Sequence record: NC_023610.1
Direction: 5' to 3' (one strand)
DNA length: 64,000 nt
Position 1 is the stretch's first letter. Every line of letters begins with the position of its first letter. Shown in pieces: positions 1-7,885 of the stretch. The position numbers and the translations under genes were made by a program. The notes under the pieces are model-generated. The model searched no databases. It was not told where the DNA came from and saw only the letters and a list, made by a program, of their open reading frames with translations.

Positions 1-11
1 GCGGTGAGAGC

Positions 12-1400
12 ATGGGGGACATGGCGGGTCTGGATGATTACAACTGGTTCCTGGCCATGCGTGATGCTATCGACTCGTCTCTCTCCGGTAAAGGTCTGAC
101 TGAAGCTGTGGTGCGTGACCAGGCGCACTGGGTGAACGAAATCGCCACCGGGAAGAAAGGGCGCGAACTCCGTCTGCGTAAGACCCTGTTCAAACGTCCT
201 GAAGGTCAGAAGAACGGTCAGGCGTTGGTGGGTAGTCGTGCAACCGAAGCGTTCGTTACCGGTACAGGTATCGGTCACCCGGTTCAGGTTCCTCTGTGGC
301 GCACCGGTATCTGGGTGACCATGCGTACGCCGTCTATCGGTTACCTGGCCGAGATTGACCGTGCGCTGGCGTTTGCCCGTCCTGAGCTCGGCATGGACAC
401 GTCTGGGATGTTGAACTCCAACGAAGCGTTGTTGTTCGAAGAAATCCTGGTTGATGCTGCACTGCGTCTGGTAACGTCTACCAGCTACCCGATTGCCTCT
501 TCGCCGCTGGAACTGAAAGAAGTCATCAGTGCCCACGACAAAGACCAGTTAATCTGGGGGATGGCTGTGGCGGCGTGGCCGGACGGTACAGACATTGCGA
601 TTCCGTGTACTGACGGTGAATGTCGTCACACTGACCGCGTCTTTGCTTCTCTGCTACGTATGTCCTGGGTAGATGAAGGTCGTCTCACCACGGCACAACG
701 TACCCACATGGACCGCGCTGGTACGGGTCGTGTAACGGATGAAGACCTGGAGAAATACCAGGCTGACTTCCTGACGCACGAGAACGAGTACTTCGAGTAC
801 AAGAGTCGTCGCTTCAACTTCTTCGTTTCTACGCTGGCAGAATACTTCGCAAACGGTCGTCAATGGATTAACTCCGTGAACCGTGCGCTGGTTGAAGCCA
901 TGGGCGAAGACCTGGAAGGGAATGACCAGAAGCGTGCTGCGCTAATCAACAGCCTGATTAGTTCAGAGCAACTCTGTCGTTACGGTCACTACATCCGTAA
1001 CATCGAAATCCCGAACCCGGAAGATGAAGACTCCCCTGACACCATCGACGGGGAAGATGAGATTCGCGATATCCTGAAACTGCTGTCCGCAGAACCGGCT
1101 ACCGTGAACGAACTGTTGCGTGCGGTGGATAACTATATCCAGAACAGTATGGTTTCCCTCATCGCCTCCATCAACGTGCCGTGCTCGGCGTGTGGTAAAC
1201 TCCACCTGAACCGTGGGGGTGAAGCACGACTGATTCTGCCGTTCAATGCTGCACTGGGTTTTTTTACCCTTGCGCAACGCAAGATGGTTCACGCGGGGAT
1301 TCAGCCGCTGACCGACCTTTCGACGTTAGGCATCCGGAATTTTGTACAACAGGTCTCGGCGAACGCGTCTATGGCGTCCTCGAGTCTGCCGGTAGCTTAA
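12..1400 (+). CDS. Probable tail assembly chaperone / baseplate-hub assembly protein (T4 gp26-like or lambda gpG-like); may start upstream of the window
   Basis: 462-aa ORF, frame open to the window edge. Cys clusters (PCTDGEC, CSACG) and a GFF motif near the C-terminus. Followed by a short gp51/gpT-like ORF. Confidence 0.5.
   Translation: MGDMAGLDDYNWFLAMRDAIDSSLSGKGLTEAVVRDQAHWVNEIATGKKGRELRLRKTLFKRPEGQKNGQALVGSRATEAFVTGTGIGHPVQVPLWRTGIWVTMRTPSIGYLAEIDRALAFARPELGMDTSGMLNSNEALLFEEILVDAALRLVTSTSYPIASSPLELKEVISAHDKDQLIWGMAVAAWPDGTDIAIPCTDGECRHTDRVFASLLRMSWVDEGRLTTAQRTHMDRAGTGRVTDEDLEKYQADFLTHENEYFEYKSRRFNFFVSTLAEYFANGRQWINSVNRALVEAMGEDLEGNDQKRAALINSLISSEQLCRYGHYIRNIEIPNPEDEDSPDTIDGEDEIRDILKLLSAEPATVNELLRAVDNYIQNSMVSLIASINVPCSACGKLHLNRGGEARLILPFNAALGFFTLAQRKMVHAGIQPLTDLSTLGIRNFVQQVSANASMASSSLPVA
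1256..1283 (+). other. Putative -1 programmed ribosomal frameshift signal
   Basis: G GGT TTT TTT (1256-1265) is in frame with the upstream ORF. Hairpin CTTGCG-CAA-CGCAAG at 1269-1283. The -1 frame is open 1223-1741. Confidence 0.65.
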
Positions 1401-1495
1401 CGGAGTTTCAGGCCAAGTTAGCGCTGCGACGGGCATACGACCTGGACCACCGCATCTACACCCCGGAATACGCCGCCAAACATCCGTACGCTCCC

Positions 1496-1741
1496 ATGGA
1501 GATGCATAAGACGGAGATGGCGGCTAACCGAGGCATGTACGAGGCGTTAGTGGAAAAGTTCCGTGTCTACCGCATGAAGGACCTGTACGGGTATAACTAC
1601 TCCGAGTTCCTTCTGTTACCGAATGACACGGCCCAGATGTTAATCCGGGATGCCATCAAAGCGTCTGCTGCGGAAAACAAGCAAGACGCTGCTGCGGCGC
1701 AACTGGCTGATGAGTTGCGTAAGTTAGAAGGAAATAAATAA
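1496..1741 (+). CDS. gp51/gpT-like C-terminal chaperone segment, probably translated as a -1 frameshift fusion (12..1741, ~576 aa)
   Basis: 81-aa ORF with no SD before ATG1496. Its frame is open for 273 nt upstream without ATG/GTG/TTG. Contains YGYNYSEFLLLP. Confidence 0.55.
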   Translation: MEMHKTEMAANRGMYEALVEKFRVYRMKDLYGYNYSEFLLLPNDTAQMLIRDAIKASAAENKQDAAAAQLADELRKLEGNK

Positions 1742-1746
1742 GTGCT

Positions 1747-1780
1747 CCCACCGTAGCGTTGGCTACGGTGGGGTGCTTTT
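1747..1780 (+). terminator. Intrinsic terminator
   Basis: 11-bp stem CCCACCGTAGC/GCTACGGTGGG, then GTGCTTTT. Confidence 0.7.
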
Positions 1781-1828
1781 ATGCGTCTTCCTATAGCACT
1801 GGGTGATTCAAGTGATGGGGTCTTTATA

Positions 1829-2461
1829 ATGGAAGCGAATTTATTAGGTGGACAAAAACGCTCTAAGGTTGTTGTCGACATTGACTTTGAGGACGCCGTA
1901 GTAGGCAGTCAGGTCCTCACTAGCAAATCGGGAAATTTTACCTTTGGACGGAAACAAGGAAGCGGGACTGTTAACGGAACCGACGGTGTTGTCGATGACC
2001 CAACCTACGGGAAGTGTTATCGGTTTAACGGTATAACGTATTTCGAGGACCCCACGGGCAGACCGGGTATCTGGAACAAAGAGTACCGTATCACACTGGT
2101 CTTTCAAAGTTTGGCCGCCAAGGCCGAGGCCGTCTTTGGGACAGGGGATTATAACCCTACCGCCAATATAGGCTCGTCGTTGAGCATCAACAACTACGCC
2201 GGTCAGTGGGTACAGTACTTCATGTGCAATGGTCAATACCAGCGGGTGCTCTTAAACGGTACGCGTCCGACGGTGATGGAGACCATCATCATTACTCGGC
2301 GGTCAACCGGTGTAACGATTGAGAGTCCGCGGACGGGGCAGAAGAACTCCTACCCTGATTTCAACACCCTGGGAGAAACCTTCTTCCGTATCGGCGTGGC
2401 GCAGAACCCGACTTACTGTTTCACGGGGTTAATGAAGTCCTTAAAGATTGAACTCCTCTAG
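1829..2461 (+). CDS. ConA-like/LamG-type beta-sandwich protein, paralog 1
   Basis: Start moved to ATG1829 (MEANLLGG) to match the paralog's N-terminus. Motif PTYGKCYRFNG..YF. Confidence 0.5.
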   Translation: MEANLLGGQKRSKVVVDIDFEDAVVGSQVLTSKSGNFTFGRKQGSGTVNGTDGVVDDPTYGKCYRFNGITYFEDPTGRPGIWNKEYRITLVFQSLAAKAEAVFGTGDYNPTANIGSSLSINNYAGQWVQYFMCNGQYQRVLLNGTRPTVMETIIITRRSTGVTIESPRTGQKNSYPDFNTLGETFFRIGVAQNPTYCFTGLMKSLKIELL

Positions 2462-2478
2462 GGTAAAGTGAGGTAGTC

Positions 2479-3120
2479 ATGTTTGAAAGTAACTTGATGG
2501 GGAAGAAATCCGGGAAGATTCTACTCGACATCAACTTTGCTAACGCGACAGTAGGCGACAAGACCATCATTGATTCGGGTCCGTTGGGGATTCCGCTGAC
2601 CCGGGGCGTGGTGGCAGGTGGTGCGAATGGGGACGGGGTAGTCAACGACCCCACGTACGGGAAGTGTTACTACTTCGATGGGTACGCGTATTTTCAGAAC
2701 CTGTCACCGGTGTTGGATTTGGCGGGCAGTAACTACGAGCTGACAATAGAGTTAGCGTTGGTGGGCAGTGGGTTCATGTGCACGTTCGCTACGGGTGACT
2801 ACCCGGCTGCCAACAACATCAAGAAAGGGCTGGAGTTACTGCACAACCAACTCAGCCAACCCATCCAGGTCTTCCAGACCACTGACGCGGGCGCGTATCA
2901 ACGCACTTACGGTTATGGTAGTGCCAATAACCAGATGTTGAAGCTAACGGTAAAAGAGGACAGCGCAAACATTACCGTTTCCAACAATCAAAACAGTAAC
3001 CAGGCCGTCGCTGCCAGATTCCGTACTGGGGGTGATTCGTACCTGATGCTGGGGACGTCTCACGGACTGGTTAACCGTTTCACGGGATACTTGAAGTCTC
3101 TACGGGTCGTCAAACTGTAA
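2479..3120 (+). CDS. ConA-like/LamG-type beta-sandwich protein, paralog 2
   Basis: Aligns end to end with the previous ORF (PTYGKCYYFDG..YF; FTGYLKSLRV vs FTGLMKSLKI). Confidence 0.5.
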   Translation: MFESNLMGKKSGKILLDINFANATVGDKTIIDSGPLGIPLTRGVVAGGANGDGVVNDPTYGKCYYFDGYAYFQNLSPVLDLAGSNYELTIELALVGSGFMCTFATGDYPAANNIKKGLELLHNQLSQPIQVFQTTDAGAYQRTYGYGSANNQMLKLTVKEDSANITVSNNQNSNQAVAARFRTGGDSYLMLGTSHGLVNRFTGYLKSLRVVKL

Positions 3121-3126
3121 CGAAAC

Positions 3127-3161
3127 AAAAAAAGAAAGAGGGGCGAAAGCCCCTCTTTTAT
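3127..3161. terminator. Bidirectional intrinsic terminator
   Basis: AAAGAGGGGC-GAAA-GCCCCTCTTT with A and T tracts, between convergent genes. Confidence 0.85.
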
Positions 3162-3622
3162 TCCCCATCCACCTCGTAGGGGTGGTGGACATCAATCTCT
3201 AAATCGGTAGGGCCTAGAATGCGCTGTATCATCGGGTAAACCTCCCAATGTTTTAGCCACCCATTTCCACACCCGGGCATCGTCATCGCGATGTCGAAGA
3301 GCCCACGCTGGTCATACGTGTCTCTGAGCTTAATCAGTCCCTGCTCAATCCACTCCATCTTCGACGGGGCTTTCCAGTCAACCTTGGTTGGGAATAGCAG
3401 GATGATTTTCCCATCCGACATCCGCTCACTGTACAGCATCCCAATCTTGAACATCCCTGCACGGCACCACTTGCGGTACTTCTCGTAAAGTTCGGGGTAA
3501 TTATCGCGACAATCCTTCGCAATCCCTGCTCCCATCGCACCGACGCAATTCACCGTAATCATGATGCACTCTTTATCAGTGTCCCAAATATTTTGGTTCT
3601 TGAGTTTCCTGATTATTGCCAT
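3158..3622 (-). CDS. Macrodomain ADP-ribose glycohydrolase, DarG/TARG1-like
   Basis: Motifs TVNCVGAMGAGIA, LFPTKVDW..PS..EWIEQGL and PGCGNG. Confidence 0.8.
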   Translation of the reverse strand: MAIIRKLKNQNIWDTDKECIMITVNCVGAMGAGIAKDCRDNYPELYEKYRKWCRAGMFKIGMLYSERMSDGKIILLFPTKVDWKAPSKMEWIEQGLIKLRDTYDQRGLFDIAMTMPGCGNGWLKHWEVYPMIQRILGPTDLEIDVHHPYEVDGE

Positions 3623-3635
3623 CCACTACCCCACA

Positions 3636-3671
3636 AAACAAAAAATAAGTAGGGGCAAAGCGCCCCTACTT
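3636..3671 (-). terminator. Intrinsic terminator
   Basis: AAGTAGGGGC/GCCCCTACTT stem with an A-tract on the plus strand. Confidence 0.75.
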
Positions 3672-3781
3672 TCGGTTAAATTTCCCACCACGTATCGTTG
3701 GCTTTCGTGATGGTATCGGACCCCGACAAATGTGCTTTGTAATCTCTACGCATACAGAGTGGAGTCCAAGTAAAAAATAAC

Positions 3782-4300
3782 TCAAGGGCGGCGGGTGATG
3801 TTGAGCATGATGAAGTAAATCAGGAGTGTCATGATTTTACGGTTCACCTCAGCAGCAACACGCAGCTCTTTGTTCGCCTCCCGAATCCGGTCGTTGACAT
3901 CTTTAAAGCACTTGTCGACGTAGAAGAAATCGGGCTGGTAGAGATACTGGAACTTCTCACACAGGACCAGGTCACCTTGGCGGGTTGCCAACACGACTTT
4001 GCGTTCTTCCAGGTTACAGCGGATAGCGAGCCAGGGGGCGTGGGTAGTCAGGTAACTGACCGCTGCAAAATCAAAGGTGCAACGTGTGTCCGTATCCCCA
4101 GTGTCGCGATAGACCAGTTTCAGTATCTGGTGAGCAATCTGACCGCGACGGTTGGTGTCGTAGGTGTTAGCCAGGTCGTTCACCAGACAAGTTAATTGAT
4201 AGCCCCGTTTACGGAAACGGAGATGACAGAACAGTGCGTACAGTGGGTAGAGCAGAATCCCAAAGAACCGCCAGATGAAGTAGTTAGTGTTCGCAGACAA
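3782..4300 (-). CDS. Hypothetical protein
   Basis: 172-aa ORF, TTG start with AAGGAG SD. Confidence 0.7.
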   Translation of the reverse strand: MSANTNYFIWRFFGILLYPLYALFCHLRFRKRGYQLTCLVNDLANTYDTNRRGQIAHQILKLVYRDTGDTDTRCTFDFAAVSYLTTHAPWLAIRCNLEERKVVLATRQGDLVLCEKFQYLYQPDFFYVDKCFKDVNDRIREANKELRVAAEVNRKIMTLLIYFIMLNITRRP

Positions 4301-4364
4301 AAGAAAAACTCCTTATCCCGTGGAGGGAATAGAAGCCACCAGAGGTTCCCCCCTGGTGGCCACG

Positions 4365-5885
4365 CTAGATTAAACGTCCCAGCCGCGCCTGACGCGTTCG
4401 CTTGATGCGACTTTTAAACAACGTCTGTCGTCGTTTACCGTACGTGACCTGTTTGGGAATATCCTCACAGATGTACGCGTGGTATTCAACTTGAACGTTG
4501 GGTCGCTTCGGTAGCTCACGTAGACGACCGAGGCACTGTACGTTTTGGTTCGGGGAGTCTGACGACACGGTGTTGTGCACCTGCGTCAGGTCTGGGATAT
4601 CAACCGCTGTACCGGCCTTGATGACCGTTGAGAAGATGATGTCCGATTCTTCCAGGACCGTATAGTCGTCACCGGCATTAAACGAGTTAATGATTAAGTC
4701 CGGTAGCTTTCTACGGAAGTACTCCAGAAGGTGTTGACCCATTTCGACCAGCCCGGTGAAGATAAGCAACTTGGTCCCTTCTTCCTTCTCCAGTACCCAC
4801 TTGTCCAGTGCGTAGTTGTAGACGGCGTCCAGATACCGTTGCATCATCTCCGGGTGACGCATGATAACCTTCTCGTACTCGTTGTGCGAGTACACCGACT
4901 GTTTGTTGAAGTTCTCAAACAGCCGAGGGTCTTTCACGTTATAGAACACTTCCACCATGTCTGCGTAAACACGCAGTTCCGCTGCTTCCTTACGGATACG
5001 GTGCGGGAGCATGGTTTCGTACACGCGCTTGATGAACTCATCGCGTGGGAACAATGTACCAGTCAGGTACACGGTCATTGGCATGTGAGTGTACAAGTCA
5101 GCGATGTAGTTCGCGTGATACTCCTGGTGGGTTTCATCGGTACCGCGTAACCCAATCCCCAGAAACTCGTAGAGCTCCCAAGGTGGGACATCCTCAGCCC
5201 CGGTTCCAGCATCTGCGCCGGACTCGTAGTTGTTGATGTAGGTACGAATCGCCCCGTTAGAGATAAAGATGGCTTTGACGCCGTCTAACCCCTTCTTCTT
5301 TTTCTCCCGAATCAATTGGTACAACCGTGCCGCACCACAGCAGCTGCGAATCTCGTCGGGCGTAAGCGAGAGGTGTTTATAAAACGCCTCCAACCATCGT
5401 CCTTCGTAACCGCCTTTGGTCTGCACGGCAAAGCGCTGACCGAAACGAGCGGCGATAAAGAGAAACATCAGTGTCTTACCGCCGCCTGGCTGAGTGGTGA
5501 TACAGGTTTGTCGGTCCCCACGAAACGCGAAGTCAATAACGGGCACCTGGTTATCCCAGGGCACCCATTCCCCCATGTCCAGTTCCACGCGGGCTCCGGC
5601 TACCGGTTCATGGTAGCGAAAGTCCAGCGAGGTGTCCTGAATCCCGTGTTTCTTGAGATGGTCGTGAAACAACTCCCATTCGTTACGGTGGAGGTGGTAC
5701 CGCCCGTGCTTTGGCGACTTAGCCGCGTACACACAGTGCGGTTCCATGTAGAACTTACCGCGTTTCTTCGTCAGCTTCTTTTCAATCAACCCCGTGAGCC
5801 ATTCGCGCAATGCCACACGCATCCTGGGACCCACGGGATTGACCGTATAGAAGTGGCTGTAGAACTCCAGTACGCCCTCAACCAT
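4365..5885 (-). CDS. SF2 DExH helicase (phiKZ gp75-like position)
   Basis: Walker A QPGGGKT, DETH, TGT and QCLGRLR motifs; adjacent to nvRNAP genes. Confidence 0.9.
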   Translation of the reverse strand: MVEGVLEFYSHFYTVNPVGPRMRVALREWLTGLIEKKLTKKRGKFYMEPHCVYAAKSPKHGRYHLHRNEWELFHDHLKKHGIQDTSLDFRYHEPVAGARVELDMGEWVPWDNQVPVIDFAFRGDRQTCITTQPGGGKTLMFLFIAARFGQRFAVQTKGGYEGRWLEAFYKHLSLTPDEIRSCCGAARLYQLIREKKKKGLDGVKAIFISNGAIRTYINNYESGADAGTGAEDVPPWELYEFLGIGLRGTDETHQEYHANYIADLYTHMPMTVYLTGTLFPRDEFIKRVYETMLPHRIRKEAAELRVYADMVEVFYNVKDPRLFENFNKQSVYSHNEYEKVIMRHPEMMQRYLDAVYNYALDKWVLEKEEGTKLLIFTGLVEMGQHLLEYFRRKLPDLIINSFNAGDDYTVLEESDIIFSTVIKAGTAVDIPDLTQVHNTVSSDSPNQNVQCLGRLRELPKRPNVQVEYHAYICEDIPKQVTYGKRRQTLFKSRIKRTRQARLGRLI

Positions 5886-5894
5886 TTAGTCTCC

Positions 5895-7883
5895 CTAGAC
5901 CACTTTCACCCCTTTCGTCTGCCAGTACTGATTCCACTTCTTGATGTTCAAGAACAGTGGGTCAAATGAATGGTTAGGACGAATGCGGTGAATGTAAGAT
6001 TTCGGGTCAGCTATCATCTCGAACTGTCGTTCGTACGCCGCTTTCGCAGACAAACTACGACCGCTCATGATGCGGGTTTGTGGTGCAAAGTGAATCCCGG
6101 TCCCGAGCTTCGGTAGACGGAAGTCTCCGTTTTTCGGGTCACGACCCATCATGCAGTACAACACCAGTTCCACAATGCCCAAGTTGACCGAGAACTTACG
6201 GTTGGTCATGTCACACACCAGTCGAATTGCACCGGCCAAGTTCACAGGGTCAGTCAGGTCTCGGCGTAGTAATTCTTTACCGATATCCGACGACATGAAG
6301 ATGACTGATTTCAACTCTTCCATTTGCTCCAGGGTTGAACCACGGCGTTCCGGGAAGCGCAGGATGATTTCTGCGTTGTCCCAGTTCATCAGGTCAACCT
6401 CAATATATTTGCCGACGGTTTGGAAACCAAAGTCGCGCATATATTGGAGGAACTCTTTGGTCAGGAATGGGCGGTAGGAGCCACGGCTGACAGGGACGAT
6501 GTCCATTTTCTGGTTCTTATCCCCGTTATCAATAACGAGAACAATTTCCTTAATCGTGGAGATACGGGACAAGTCGCCGTCTTTCAGTTCGTTAAAGATG
6601 GAGATATCTGCCAGACGGAAGATGTCACTCACATCGAAACGGACTTTAACGTGCTTGCCCCAAAGGTCCCTGGAAAGCGTTATCTCCTTATCGTCACCGA
6701 GGTTGGAGATATACTTCAGTTCGTGGTCATGAATCACGTAAGATTCTGACTCCGCAGAGACCAGGTGGTGTTTGGTGGAAATAACGTCCTGTGATACGGC
6801 TTCGTTCTGGGTAACCGTCAGGGCGAAACCAGGGTTGGTGTCGTCCTGTACCCGCGACGCATTCTCACAAAGACAATACTTACACACCACACCGTCTTCT
6901 GGATGCTGGCACTTCGACGGGGTACGCATTCGAATCACGGTACCCACCAAGTGGTTATCGTAACCTTTCCCGCGCACCATCTTCAAATCGCCGTCCCGGT
7001 CAAAGTAATACTTGCCCGGTAAGACGTGTTCCAGGTCATCCTTCGTGACTTTCCACGGGATGGTTTCTTTCGACCCACAGTCTTGCTGGTCAACGCCGTG
7101 TACGACGTAGGTTATCAGCTGAAGTTCGCGGTTATAGTACTCAGTACGTTTAACCGGTTCACTCGTGGCTAACTGGGCTTGTGCAGCAGAGCAACGGTCC
7201 ATTGCGGAGAAGGACAGTCGTTTCAGGTGTTCCGAGAACCCAACCGGAATCGGGTTAACGAAGATACGCTGGTTAATCTCGCTACGGAAGCCCACCTTGT
7301 CGACCACCTGTAACAGCTGACCGGTTTTGGTCATCGAGTTACGGTGTGGAATGGCCAGGTTATTGTGGTTCAGGCTCGGGTCATGGGAGAGGATATACAC
7401 GAACTCTTTATAGCCGTTCGAGATATCACGTTTCCCGGTTATCGGCCGTTCACGAATCTCCTTCAATTGTGGATGACGGTGAATCTCCAGGAAGTCGAGG
7501 GCGTCGAGTGTGGTTTGGAACTCTTCGCCATCGGTTGCAATCGCATTGTGTAACGCTTGCGTTATCCCGGCGTTGATTTTGTAAACGTTCTGGCGGTCTT
7601 CCAGCGGATACTCCGCATAGACCTGTTCAGCAGCACGTTGGTGCAACTTGTTCTCCAGACCTTTACTCAACGGCTCACCGTAGACGTGGTTCTTAATGCA
7701 GAGCGGTATCGACGGGTACTGACGATGATACTCCCAGAAATACCAACTGATTAAGGTTTGTGGGAAGTCGGCAATGATTTCCCCGTCGGCAAAGATTAGG
7801 GCGATTGGCTCGAGGTCATCGAGCCGTGCCCATATTTGTCGCTCACTCCAATGCAGAATATCATCGGCGTAGAAAGTGCGCAT
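5895..7883 (-). CDS. Non-virion RNA polymerase beta-prime C-terminal subunit (phiKZ gp74-like)
   Basis: CGS...RMRTP..C...VC..C Zn site and trigger-loop-like segment SQDVISTKH; synteny. Confidence 0.85.
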   Translation of the reverse strand: MRTFYADDILHWSERQIWARLDDLEPIALIFADGEIIADFPQTLISWYFWEYHRQYPSIPLCIKNHVYGEPLSKGLENKLHQRAAEQVYAEYPLEDRQNVYKINAGITQALHNAIATDGEEFQTTLDALDFLEIHRHPQLKEIRERPITGKRDISNGYKEFVYILSHDPSLNHNNLAIPHRNSMTKTGQLLQVVDKVGFRSEINQRIFVNPIPVGFSEHLKRLSFSAMDRCSAAQAQLATSEPVKRTEYYNRELQLITYVVHGVDQQDCGSKETIPWKVTKDDLEHVLPGKYYFDRDGDLKMVRGKGYDNHLVGTVIRMRTPSKCQHPEDGVVCKYCLCENASRVQDDTNPGFALTVTQNEAVSQDVISTKHHLVSAESESYVIHDHELKYISNLGDDKEITLSRDLWGKHVKVRFDVSDIFRLADISIFNELKDGDLSRISTIKEIVLVIDNGDKNQKMDIVPVSRGSYRPFLTKEFLQYMRDFGFQTVGKYIEVDLMNWDNAEIILRFPERRGSTLEQMEELKSVIFMSSDIGKELLRRDLTDPVNLAGAIRLVCDMTNRKFSVNLGIVELVLYCMMGRDPKNGDFRLPKLGTGIHFAPQTRIMSGRSLSAKAAYERQFEMIADPKSYIHRIRPNHSFDPLFLNIKKWNQYWQTKGVKVV

Positions 7884-7885
7884 TC

